Position numbers and translations under genes: made by a program. A DNA stretch of 64,000 nt from Salpingoeca rosetta. Taxonomy: Eukaryota; Protista; Choanoflagellata. The stretch lies in NCBI GenBank assembly GCA_033442325.1, contig JAWQFM010000004.1:1454565-1518564 (forward strand), written 5' to 3'. The notes beneath the pieces were generated by a model. That model ran no database searches, had not been told where the DNA came from, and was given only the letters and a program-made list of their open reading frames with translations. Of the stretch, positions 1 through 10,656 are shown piece after piece (position 1 is the stretch's first letter; each line of letters begins with the position of its first letter).

Positions 1-511
1 CCAGCCGCAGCGGGTGTCCCGTCAGGACGCCAAGGAGGAACGCGAAGATGGCTGCGTCAACCTGTGGATCACGGGGATCCAGCAGGCCAGAGGCTCGGGA
101 CGCCACCTGCGCTCCTCCGCTCGGAGTGGCGGAAGAAGGGAGAGAGGAAGAGGAGGAAGATGGCTGAGCGCCGTGGTCGTCGCCATCGCCCTCGTCGTCG
201 TCATCGTCGTCGTGGTCCCCCGCGTCGTGGCGGACGCCAGTGCGGCGCGGGCCGCGTTGAGCGCGGGAGCGAGTGCGGGGACCCGAAGCACCGTGGGTGC
301 TTGGGCTCGGCGATGAGGCAGCTGCTGGAGCCTGCCCGTCTCCTTGGTGGTCAGCACCACCCTCGGCGATGATGCCAGCGTCGATGCCAGCGGCGATGAG
401 CTTGGCCTCGACGGTGATGAAGAAGAGGTTGGCATCCTGCTCAGCGCCAGCGAAGACCTTGATGCCGTCTGCGCTAATTGGACTGGGTCTCATAATCTGT
501 TGTAAGTTCAT
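1..511 (-). CDS. 5' part of a probable Ty1/copia Gag ORF, running off the left edge
   Basis: Open frame from ATG at 511 (MNLQQIMRPSPISADGIKVFAG...DAAIFAFLLGVLTGHPLRL) to the window edge; it is absent from the ORF track because it has no stop. The last helix resembles a copia Gag N-terminus. A PBS-like TGGTGAGTCCC lies upstream at 858-848. Confidence 0.4.
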   Translation of the reverse strand, partial: MNLQQIMRPSPISADGIKVFAGAEQDANLFFITVEAKLIAAGIDAGIIAEGGADHQGDGQAPAAASSPSPSTHGASGPRTRSRAQRGPRRTGVRHDAGDHDDDDDDEGDGDDHGAQPSSSSSSLPSSATPSGGAQVASRASGLLDPRDPQVDAAIFAFLLGVLTGHPLRL

Positions 512-536
512 GGTGATGGTGCTGTTGTTGGAGACT

Positions 537-567
<31 letters not shown>

Positions 568-858
568 AGTGTGCTGTGTGTTGTGTGGGAGATTGTCTTG
601 GCAAGGGGAAGTTGTGTGTGTTTACTTGAGTTGTGAAGCAAACAAGGATGTAGGATGAATGAACATGAACTGAGAGACACTCTCACACATAGACAGAAAA
701 CTGGAGGAGAGAGAGAAGTGCCACGTGGCAAAACAACCAGAAACGCCCGTTTCTGGGCGCACGTGCACAGAAACGTTTACAGCAGAATTTGCTGACTCAG
801 CAAGCATTGACACTGGAACAGTGATGTCAACAGTGACCTTGCGCATTGGGACTCACCA

Positions 859-1074
859 CAAAGGAGGGTTGCTACGTAGCGTGACAACAAACAAGCCAAG
901 AGCAAAGGATACTGCTAAGAGCAATGCAACACTGCGGAGCCCTGACATCGACTGGAGGACGTCGACGGTGGTCCTCAAGACAGGACCGCTGCGCCCGAAC
1001 CTGTGCCGTGTGAAAAGAGTAGTAAAGAAGTCGGACAGGAAAAGCACTGTCGACAGAGTCGACAAGTGCTTACA
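859..1074 (-). repeat. Inverted, rearranged partial copy of the LTR at 4487-4894
   Basis: 859-940 is the reverse complement of ~4619-4700, and 1007-1074 is the reverse complement of ~4487-4553. The intervening 941-1006 encodes PDIDWRTSTVVL, which looks like a gypsy protease C-terminal motif. Confidence 0.85.
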
Positions 1075-1108
1075 CAAGGCAATCCTCAACGACAGCCACG
1101 TCGTTCTC

Positions 1109-1482
1109 GAAGAGGAGGGAGAGTGCAGTGATGTCATTCACTACGTCACATCCTAAACGCGAACAACTCTTCCTTGTTCATTTCGTTCGGGACGCCCTAT
1201 GTTCATTATGTCCCCCTTGTTCAGATCAAGTCACTTGTTCACTGTTGGTCCTTGTTCACCGCACGCTCGCTGTTCCTACTGTTGACAGGCAAGTCCTGCC
1301 TGCTGAGTCATCATTGACCTCCCTTCTTCACGACACCACAAATTTGCATTCACCTCTCTTGTGTTCTGGAATGTTCACGTGATTTCCCTCCAACCTGTTG
1401 CACGTGCAGTGTTTAGCTTGTGTGGTTGCTCGATGTTACATGCTCTTGCATAACACACCACATAACCACACAACTCTCAACA
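1109..1482 (+). mobile_element. Probable polypurine tract plus 3' LTR of another (copia-like) element
   Basis: GAAGAGGAGGGAGAG is followed by TG at 1124, and the stretch ends ...CTCTCAACA at 1482 just before a gap. No second copy is present to confirm it. Confidence 0.35.
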
Positions 1483-1588
1483 AACACTNNNNNNNNNNNN
1501 NNNNNNNNNNNNNNNNNNNNNNNNNNNNNNNNNNNNNNNNNNNNNNNNNNNNNNNNNNNNNNNNNNNNNNNNNNNNNNNNNNNNNNNN

Positions 1589-2212
1589 TCCAGGGTGCTT
1601 GGGCTGCTTGATGTTCAGATGTCGGCGAGGGTCGTCGTTCCTAAGACCGGCGACGAAAGCGGCGATCTGCAGGTCGACGAGCTTTGCTGGAGAAGCATCG
1701 ATGAGTGAACGGCGGAAAGACGCGATGTAGCCTGTGACAGCTCCACGTTGACGGTGAGTGACGATGTCTTGGAATGCTCGCCACTGCTTGCTTGGGTCTG
1801 CAAAGTGCGTTGTTGCTGCCGTTTCGAACTCATCAAAAGACGCATCTGGGTTTGCCTCAATGTAATGGCGTGCCCACTGTTGCAGAGCTCCGTCAAAGTA
1901 CAGGGTCGCGAGGCGGATCTGGTCAGGGCCAGAGGGAAGACGAAGAAGTTGAGTGCAGGTACGGAAGGTCTGGAACCAGGAGACGATCGCGGCAGGATCA
2001 TGATCCGTGATGCGGGTGAGAGCCGAGCGAGCAAGAGATTGAACACCGGCGTCGACAGGAGCTGATGGCGCTGACGACGAAGATGAGGGACCCACAGTTG
2101 GGGTGAGCGCTGCGTAGGCGGAAGACGACGTCGCTGATGACGACGACGCAGAGGCATCTGGCGCAGACGATGCTGACGAAGCCAGGCGTGGAGAAGAACG
2201 ACGCTGTGACAT
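1589..2212 (-). CDS. gag: Retrotransposon Gag (partial)
   Basis: ATG at 2212. Contains QIRLATLYFDGALQQW, HRQRGAVTGYIASF (MHR-like) and FVAGL...KQPK, resembling the Gag of element D (near 49520-49570). Confidence 0.8.
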
Positions 2213-2303
2213 TGTGAAAGGCAGTACAGGTACGTGTTTGCAGCTGAGTTGGTGTGTGCTTGCTCTGTGCTCAAGGTGGGGATCGAAGGATATCGCTACC
2301 AAG

Positions 2304-2493
2304 TGTAGTAGACCAAGTGTAGGAGATGTATATTGGGGTGTAGACTTGATTCAGCAAGAATAAATGAACACAGACAATAGGCAAGTGCAAGTATAGGTGC
2401 CAGTGCAAGAGTGGTTGATGTTGTGTATATGAAAAGAGTGGTGTGGAGTAGTAGTGGTTCGGAAGTAGGGAATGCTGGAGTGGAACCACTACA
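2304..2493 (-). repeat. 190-bp 5' LTR of element B
   Basis: Inverted termini TGTAGT/ACTACA, followed by the PBS. Confidence 0.8.
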
Positions 2494-4397
2494 GCACCTG
2501 TGCTAGCCTACCCCAACGCAAGCCAGAAATACGTCGTGCAGACCGACGCCTCGGAGACAGCAGTAGGAGGAGTCCTCATGCAGAAGGGCCGTCCGGGTTG
2601 CTTTCGAATCGCGACGATACAGAGGAGCCGAACAGAGATACGACGTCAGAGACAGGAGGCACTGGCAATTGTCCATTGCTTGAGACAGTGGCGCCATTAC
2701 CTTTACGGAGCAGACTTTGACATCAACACCGACCACAGATACATTGCAGTACCTCCAGACGCAGAAGGACATCAAGCCGAGACACGCCCGATGGCATGGA
2801 GCTGCTGTCGGAGTTTGGACGACTCGACATCCAGTACATCCCAGGCAAGCGTAATCAGGTGGCTGACGCCCTCAGTAGGAACCTCATGGACGTCAACCTC
2901 GCGACGATCTCAACCTCGTCGCCGACCAGCGCCCTTTTGGAGCAGATCCGCCAAGCAACACGGAAGATGCCAGGCCGGGAGCGCCAGCGCCTGCAGCAGC
3001 CACGTTTCAGCGAGGAAGAGGGCATCTTCTACCTCACCCAGCAACAGCGACGGCGAGTTTACGTCCCCAGAGACAACCGTCTGCGCACCAAGATCCTGAA
3101 GGAGGCCCACGACGCCTCAACCCGCGGACACCGAGCAGCTTCTCAAACGCACCTGTATGTCAGCCAGCGCTTTTACTGGCCGAACCAGCTGCAAGATGCA
3201 ATCAAGTATACGGCGTCCTGCGACCAATGCCAACGGAACAAGTACGACACCAGAGCCAAGGCCGGCCTTCTTCACCCGTTGCCGGTGCCGCCACACAACT
3301 GGCACACGGTATCCATGGACTTCATCACCGGGTTGCCCAGCACTGACGGCGGACTGGACGCCATACTGGTGGTCGTGGACAAGCTCTCAAAGCGCACCCA
3401 CCTGCTTGCGACGACCAAGACGGCAACGGCCCAGGACACAGCGCGGCTTTTCTTCAAGGAGATCGTGCGACTACACGGGGTGCCGGCACACATCGTCTCG
3501 GACAGAGACGTTCGTTTCACCTCCACGTTCTGGACTGAGCTGTTCCGCTGTACGGGGACCAGCTTGGACATGTCATCGGCCGATCATGCGCAGACGGACG
3601 GGCAGACGGAGAGGCAGATACGGGTGGTGCGCGAGGCACTGCGGTCGGCAGTCAACTACGGACAGCGGGACTGGCCCTCGCATCTAGCGGCCATGGAGTT
3701 CGCCATCAACGCTGCTGTCTCCTCGACTACAGGCTTCTCTCCTTTCCAGCTGGACACCGGCCAACAACCGCTAACGCCCCTGGATCTGGCGGCCCCCTCC
3801 TCACCAACGGCCGCTAGGTCTGCGGGCGCCGAGCAATTTATACAGGACTTCCGGTCGCGACTGCAAGCAGCCAAGGACAACATCGCCAAGGCACAGGACC
3901 TGCAGACCCTCCACTACAACAAGCGTCGCAGACCCTGCGACATCAAGGTGGGAGACAAGGTGCTCCTCCTCGCGGATGCCGTACTCAGCGACACGGAACG
4001 ACAACGCCCCAGCAAGAAACTGCGACACCGATACCTGGGACCCTTCGTGGTCCTGTCCCAAGACAGGCCGGATTCCTTCCGGCTTGGGCTACCGTCAAGA
4101 TACCGTTGTCACCCGGTATTCCACTGCAGCAAGCTCAAGAAGTTCGTCCCCAACCCACGCAAGTTCGCCAGCAGGCGCCAACACCGACCGCGGCCCATCG
4201 TGCACGACGGCCACGTCAAGTTCATCGTCAACAAGATCCTCGATCATCGCTTCAAGCACCGCACTCTCCAGTTCCTAGTGGATTGGGAGGGGTACGGACC
4301 CGATGCAAGGACCTGGGAGCCCACCAAGCACGTCGCAGGCTGCGACCAGCTCCAGGACTACCTCAACGACCACCCGGAGCTCCTCACGGCCGTTTGA
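2494..4397 (+). CDS. pol: Pol C-terminus: RNase H (frameshifted), integrase, chromodomain
   Basis: QTDAS, NTDH, NQVADALSR, HHCC (AHD..GH..CDQC), SMDFITGLP, SDRD, GQTER, YLGPF and FIVNKILDHR..FLVDWEGY..TWEP. Small indels at 2590-2800. Confidence 0.92.
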
Positions 4398-4486
4398 CCA
4401 GTCCAGCCCAGCTAGCTGGTTGTTTGTAATGTTGACTGTTTTGTCTGAAAGGAAGAGAGGGTGGTTAGTTGAAGGGGGAGGGTGAG

Positions 4487-4894
4487 TGTAAGCACTTGTC
4501 GACTCTGTCGACAGTGCTTTTCTGTCCCACTTCTTTACTACTCTTTTCACACGTCTTTCGTGACCGAGCCTTGTCGCATGTCTTTCACCACTTCTCCCAC
4601 CTCATCCCAAATTTCATTGCTCCGCAGTGTTGCATTGCTCTTAGCAGTATCCTTTGCTCTTGGCTTGTTTGTTGTCACGCTACGTGGCAACCCTCCTTTG
4701 TTTTGTTTTCGTTTTCCTTTGTCTAAAGCCCCTACGGCTTTTGCTCTCGTACTCGTGTTTCTCCCTGCTTGTTCTTTCTGTGCACCCGCTCATGCCCTTT
4801 TGTGCGAGTGTCACGTTCGTCTTGTTCATTCTTTTGTTTTACTGTTTGACCACGACATCGACCACAGTACACTGACACAACCAAAGAGCTTACA
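4487..4894 (+). repeat. 408-bp 3' LTR of element A
   Basis: 7-bp inverted termini TGTAAGC/GCTTACA, preceded by the PPT. Host coding sequence resumes at 4895. Confidence 0.88.
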
Positions 4895-5994
4895 GAGCCC
4901 GTGTTTGTCAACGGAGTGGACGTTGGCGAGGAGATTGCGTCGTTGCGAAGTACAGTTTCAGCGCAGGCGAGGATGCTTGCAGAAGAGCGAGGCAAGAACA
5001 ACGTGTTCGAAAACCGTCTTTGTGCAATGGGTGTGCCGCCGAGGGTGGACACGACCACGATCGCTGGTGTTGGAAGTGCAGGAGCCTGGTTTGGCGCAGT
5101 CTTGGCCCACAATGGCTTGATCTATGGTATACCGTTCAACGCAGCCTCAGTGCTCATCATCGATCCAAGCACCAACACGGCTGATACAACCACGATTTCT
5201 GGATACCCAGGCATTAAATCTCACGCGGGTGGTGTTCTTGTTGCAAACGGGCTCATTTACGGTTTTCCCTTCCATGCGACCTCGGTGCTGATCATCAATC
5301 CGGACACAAACTCAGTGGACACGACAACTCTCGGTGGCCTAGCGACTGGATCTCAGTGGATCAGAGGAGTTGCTGCCGACAACGGGCTCGTGTTTGGCGT
5401 TCCCTGGAACTCACCTTCTGTTCTGTCATTGATCCTACCACAAATACCACCGATAACACGAGTATGACTGGTCTAGGCACCATCAGTGGCAAGTGGCACA
5501 GTGGCGTTCAAGCAGATAATGGCCTCATTTACTGCATTCCAAGCTCGGCAGAGTCTGTACTCATTATCAACCCAGACTCCAAAACCATTGACACCACATC
5601 TATTTCAAATCTCCCTCAGGGCGAACGAAAGTGGAATGGTGGTGTGCTCACACGAAGTGGTCTTATTTACGCGATCCCGAACAGCAGTGCAAGTGTGCTC
5701 ATCATCAACCCTGCAACAAACTCACTCGATACAACTTCAATCGTTGGAGTTGGAGGCAAGAACCTCAAATGGCGAGATATGGTGCTGGCTCAAAGTGGCC
5801 TTCTCATCGGAATCCCATATTCTGCCTCATCGGTTCTTATCATCAACCCAAGCACGAACGTGGCTGATACAACGTCAGTTCCGGTTCTCAAGGGAGGAGG
5901 AAAGTGGTTTGAGGGTGTAATCGGTGACAATGGATTGGTGTATGCAGTGCCGTTTTTTGCGAAGAATGTCCTCATCATTGACCCCGGCTGCTAA
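4895..5994 (+). pseudogene. Beta-propeller repeat family copy 1, 5'-truncated by element A and frameshifted
   Basis: Begins mid-motif at EPVFVNGVDV. Seven W.GGVLA.NGLIY.IP....SVLIIDP repeats ending DPGC*. 1-nt deletion near 5424. Confidence 0.88.
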
Positions 5995-6814
5995 TTGGTC
6001 GGCTGGCAGGCGAGGTCATCATCGGTTGCGAGACTTGTTTGAAACTGTGCGCGTTCGTTACTGTGCTCATCTTTGTGTTGTCGCATGTGCTTTGACACGA
6101 CCTGTGCTATTTCCTCGTGAGTTCACTTTGTGTGTTTTCGTGTGTCTTGTGGCTTCGCTTCCGATTTGATGCCACGTTCTGCGTGCACTTGCTGTCCTGT
6201 GTGCTGTGTTGCTTGTTGCTTTTGGTTGTTGTGCCAGTTCGACCTTTATGTTGTTCATCGCTGCATTGGCGCTTCTACTTGTGAGTTGCAAGTGAGTTGA
6301 TGGATGAATAAATGCAACAGTGTGATGTTAGGATGTATGAGCACACTTGACTGTGTTTGCATGCTGTTGTTGCTGCGCCTTGTGTGTCATGCTTGTTGCT
6401 TCATGTCTTCATGTGCATCCAGCACGCGGCAGACAACCAATTTCCACACCAACAAAGTACTTGAACAGCGGCTGCTGGGGAAAGCTGAGCAGAGGGCAGA
6501 GCACACTGATCTCGGGTGCCGTGGTGAAGCATGATGGTGTGTTCGTTGATGTTGTGTGTTTGGTTGGGAGGAACTACTGCGGGATGGTGGGGGTGATGAC
6601 ACGACGTGTTTCGTAATGGGAAACAATGAGATCACACAAAGACTAGTGCTGTGGTTGTTCTTTCACTGGTCGGGTTCGCACCGCATGGAAGGTGTGTCAC
6701 AGGAGGCAACGAGGGAAGAGAACATCACGGGCAACAAAAGGGATGTAGGGGTGGGGGTGGAGGGAAGGGCATTTGAGTCGTGGGGGGGGGGGAGGAGGGA
6801 CAAGGCATGTCAAC

Positions 6815-8110
6815 TCAACAGCCAGGGTCAATGACGAGAACGGACTCAGCGTAAGATGGAATGCAGTAGATGAGACCGTTCTGAGCCAAGACGCCACTCC
6901 ACCACTCTCTGTCGCCACCAAGGTCGCTGATGGTTGTTGTGTCGGCGGCATTGGTGGTTGGATCGAAGATGAGCACTGATGGCGAGTAGTAGGGGATGGC
7001 AACGATGTTGCCGTTGGGTGCGAGTACACCACCGATCCACCTTGGGGAGCCGGTTGCTTCTGCAAGAACGAGCTCGTTGGTGGCGTTGGTGGCTGGGTTG
7101 ATGACAAGTGTCGTTGCAACACGGCCTGGTATGGCGTAGATGAGACCATTTTTTGCAAGAACGCCGCCAAACCACTTGCCGTTCGTACCAAAACCTCTGA
7201 TGGTGGTAAGGTCCATTGTCAGTGACTCTGGGTTGATGATGAGGACAGAAGAAGCCGTCACGGGGATACAATAGATGAGGCCGTTGTCGGTCTGAACACC
7301 GCCATACCATTTGTACAGCTGGGTCGACAGCCCGGACAGCGTGGTGATGTCTGTCGTGTTTGTCTCTGGATCAATGATCAACACAGACGTGGCAGAGTAC
7401 GGAATGCCGAAAATGAGGCCATTCCTCGCAAAAACGCTACTGTACCACTTTTGATCACCGGAACCAAGCGATGTGATGCTTGTGGTATCAACAGTGTTAG
7501 TGTCCGGGTAGATTATGAGTACGGCCGCCCTGTTTGACGGAAGCATGTAGACGAGGCCGTTGTTTGCGAGCACAGCACCTGCCCACTTACGAAGGTCAGT
7601 TCCGAGTCCGGAGATTGTGGTTGTGTCGACGGTGTTCGTGCTTGGATCAATGATGAGCACGGAGGATGAGCTGTGTGGTGCTGCGTAGATCAGGCCGTTG
7701 TTAGCCAGCACACCCCCAAGCCACTTGTTTCCTGCTGACTCCAGCTGCCCAAACGTGCTGGCGCTGGAAGCGCACGCTTCGCCACGGACACGGTGAATCG
7801 CCCTCTGCTGGGCATTGATTGCGCTCTGTTGTGCATCGATTGTACTTTGCTGTGCAGCGTTGAGGCTCTGCTGCGCCGACACGGTGCTCATCAACATGCT
7901 GAGCGTCTCGTGCACATCAACCCCGTTCACAAACACAGGCTGCCTCATTGGATCGCTAGTGTTGATGTGAAACGCGCCCGCATCATCCTCCACCAGCGTC
8001 ACCTCTCCAGCAACGCTGCTGATGAACGGCACCAAGCATACTGCCGCCAGCAGCAGCACGGGGAGCACCAGCAACCCACGTGCCTGCAGGCACCCCATCG
8101 TTCTCTTCAT
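6815..8110 (-). CDS. Secreted coiled-coil plus 7-repeat beta-propeller protein, 431 aa (copy 2, intact, intronless)
   Basis: Signal peptide, TLVEDDAGAFHINTSD..PVFVNGVDV module, AQQ heptads, seven ~46-aa repeats and terminal DPGC. Confidence 0.9.
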   Translation of the reverse strand: MKRTMGCLQARGLLVLPVLLLAAVCLVPFISSVAGEVTLVEDDAGAFHINTSDPMRQPVFVNGVDVHETLSMLMSTVSAQQSLNAAQQSTIDAQQSAINAQQRAIHRVRGEACASSASTFGQLESAGNKWLGGVLANNGLIYAAPHSSSSVLIIDPSTNTVDTTTISGLGTDLRKWAGAVLANNGLVYMLPSNRAAVLIIYPDTNTVDTTSITSLGSGDQKWYSSVFARNGLIFGIPYSATSVLIIDPETNTTDITTLSGLSTQLYKWYGGVQTDNGLIYCIPVTASSVLIINPESLTMDLTTIRGFGTNGKWFGGVLAKNGLIYAIPGRVATTLVINPATNATNELVLAEATGSPRWIGGVLAPNGNIVAIPYYSPSVLIFDPTTNAADTTTISDLGGDREWWSGVLAQNGLIYCIPSYAESVLVIDPGC

Positions 8111-8783
8111 CGTACTCCGAGTGGGTGAAGAAGAGAGAAGAGGAGAGGAGAAGAAGAGTAGAACAGGAGAAGGAGCAGAAGTTAAGTGTGCCTTCCTCCT
8201 TCCTCGTTCGTGGTGTCTGTTGGCAGGACAGGTGCAGCACCAAGAGAAGAGGAGACAGGATTGGATTGGTTTGTTTGTGGCGTTTTGGGTGGTTGTGGTT
8301 GTGGACGATTGTTGGGAATCGTGCATTGGATTTCCAGCCAACCACGAACAAGTTCACTGTTGTGTGTGTACATGTTGTGGAAAGGAGCACGTTGAAACGC
8401 ATCCATCCATCCATCTCTCAGCCCTCCTTCCTTCCCTCAGCCTTCCTTACCTTTATCAGCTCATCACTGAACCGACAAGGACAGAGCACACACGGCACAC
8501 ACGGCACGCGATGTCGGTGTCTTGCTGTGTTGTACCCCCACCACGGCTTTATCACGCAGTGCAAAGGAAGGGCGTGAATTGAACATATGTAAAGGAGGCA
8601 GACACCGTGACCGCAGATGACACTGTTCATGCAAAGGTGCGTACGTGCGTGCGAGTGTGTGACTCCCTGTCTTTCGATCGTTCTCTCCCCATACTCGATC
8701 CTGCGTCCCTTTCCAAGCATCCCCCCTCCACACACACTCACTCACTTGCCTGCCTGCAACGCTTCCTGTCTTGTCGCAGATCT

Positions 8784-9890
8784 ATGCCGCATTGCAAGGC
8801 TGATGAATCGTACATGCTGTGCACCGTCAAAGCCCCCATTGCCGCCTACCTCACTTTCGACAACGTTGTCCGCATCGCCAAGGAACAAAAGGGGTGCGTG
8901 TGTGTGCGTGTGTGAGTGAGAGAGTGTGTGTGTCTGTAAGAAGCGTACCACTGCTGTGATCAACACTCATCATCACCTACATCCATCCTCACCCTCATGC
9001 CCATGCACGCGCATCCCATTTGTGTTTTCAGGTGGTTGAGATTGCCCTTTCCCCGCGCCTTCGATGTCTGCCAACAGCCCTGCCAGGTTTGCCTCATGTG
9101 CATGTGTGTGTGTGTGTCTGTGTGTGTGCGCGCATGTGTGCGTGATTCGGTCACAGCAAACGCACCTCACCTGTGATCGTCACTCAACCCTCTTCCTCTC
9201 CTCTCTCTCACGTCTGCTACTTCCCTCCCTCTCACGTTCCCCCCCTCTCCCGCCCTCAGGACGCTATTGCGATTGGCCTCTCCCTCCTATCAACCACCGC
9301 AACGCCGGCACCGTCGAGTTCCTCGTCGACACATCCGATGGCCGGTGAGCCGGTGTAGCAGTGTGGTGTTGGGTGTTGGGGTGGAGATGTAGGTGTTGTG
9401 TTGCGTTGCGTGCATGCACTGTTTTGGTGTTGACAAACATAATCGCACCTGCCCCAACGCTCACATCAACCACCCAACGTGCGCAATAGTGTGGTGCAGT
9501 CATAACTTCATGAAGGTGAACCCGCGCATCCAAGTCGAGCACACCGTCACGGAGATGGTGAGCTGTGGTGGTCTGTTGAAGCAGCACTGTTGATGGTACT
9601 TTGCCCACTTTGACGTTTGTGGCGTACTCGTCTGCTTCATTCCTCCCACCTCACTGACACTTCCTCCACCATCTCCTCCCTTCTCCCTTTCCCTTCTCCC
9701 TTCTCCCTCCTTTATTCTCTCCACCAGGTGACTGGCGTTGACCTTGTGCAATCGCAGCTGATGCTTGCTGGCGGCGCGACTCTGCAAGATATTGAGCTCG
9801 AACAGGACACAATCGCCACCTGCGGATTCAGCATCAACGCGCGCATCACCACGGATGACCCACTCAACGACTTTTCCCCCGATACAGGTG
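8784..9890 (+). pseudogene. PC: Pyruvate carboxylase (biotin carboxylase domain) fragments with introns
   Basis: HCKADESY..PIAAYL, NAGTVEFLVD, FMKVNPRIQVEHTVTEM (consensus FIEVNPR, so E>K) and VTGVDLV..INARITTDDPLNDFSPDTG. Intervening and downstream exons are not seen. Confidence 0.85.
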
Positions 9891-10104
9891 CACATGGGCT
9901 TGCGTGCGTATGTTGGATTGAAGGATGGGAGAGAGAGAGAGGATTGAAAGAAGCTCATGTTTCCTCTTGGGAACGGGGCACCAGTGGCGGGTGCAGCGTC
10001 CCCAAGGCACGATGCTTCTCCTTCTCAACATTTCTTACCTCTCGTAACCCATCATCACCCACGACCACGCACAGCAGTGCGAACCATTCACCCGGCAGCC
10101 GGCA

Positions 10105-10605
10105 GTGGGCCGCGAACTGGAGCCATACACAACAGCAGCACCACCACCGGCACATGGCGACGAGGGAGAGGTTGATGAGGCGTCGCTTGGGCCGTTTGAC
10201 GTGCTCGTGCACCACACGGGCATGCTTGAGCTGGTGCGCGTGCTCCTTGGCAAGCAGCAGGGCGTCATCAGCATCACGCCACTGGACGAACATCAGGGGC
10301 GGGTTGCCCGCGTCAGGTGAGCTGCTGCTGACTGGTTGGAGGTGATGGTGGTGATGGGTGGGGTGGTAGTAACGTGGTAATGTTGGAATTTCCCGATTGG
10401 GCAGGTGCAGCTGACGGCCCGCCGCGACCCGGACTGCCCCGCTTGGATGGCGGACGAGCTGTGGTCCGTGTGGGTTGAGCCCGTGTCCGAGGGTATTGAA
10501 GAGGTGCTGCCCTCGCTCGCCAAGGCAAACGGCGGCTTTCACTCTCACATGTACAAGCCGGACAGTCACCGCGTCAGAGACATATTCAGGTAGGCGATGT
10601 GTGCA

Positions 10606-10656
<51 letters not shown>

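Larger units (their letters stand above)
1589..2493 (-). mobile_element. 5' end of Ty3/gypsy element B (LTR, PBS, gag), nested in the pol of element A and cut by the gap
   Basis: LTR TGTAGT...ACTACA (2493-2304), PBS TGGTAGCGA (2301-2293) and a gag ORF. Element A pol (APVLAYP) resumes directly at 2494. Confidence 0.85.
2494..4894 (+). mobile_element. 3' half of chromovirus (Ty3/gypsy) element A
   Basis: RNase H, integrase and chromodomain, then PPT GAAGGGGGAGGGTGAG (4471-4486) and LTR TGTAAGC...GCTTACA. Confidence 0.92.

Noticed and set aside
1436-4397. A single retroelement with divergent gag and pol
   Set aside because: An LTR and PBS of a separate element lie between them; it is a nested insertion.
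859-4700. Inverted repeats at 859-1074 and 4487-4700 as TIRs of a DNA transposon or DIRS element
   Set aside because: 4487-4894 is a normal LTR with a PPT and TG..CA ends, the left copy is a scrambled fragment, and the enzyme is a DDE integrase.
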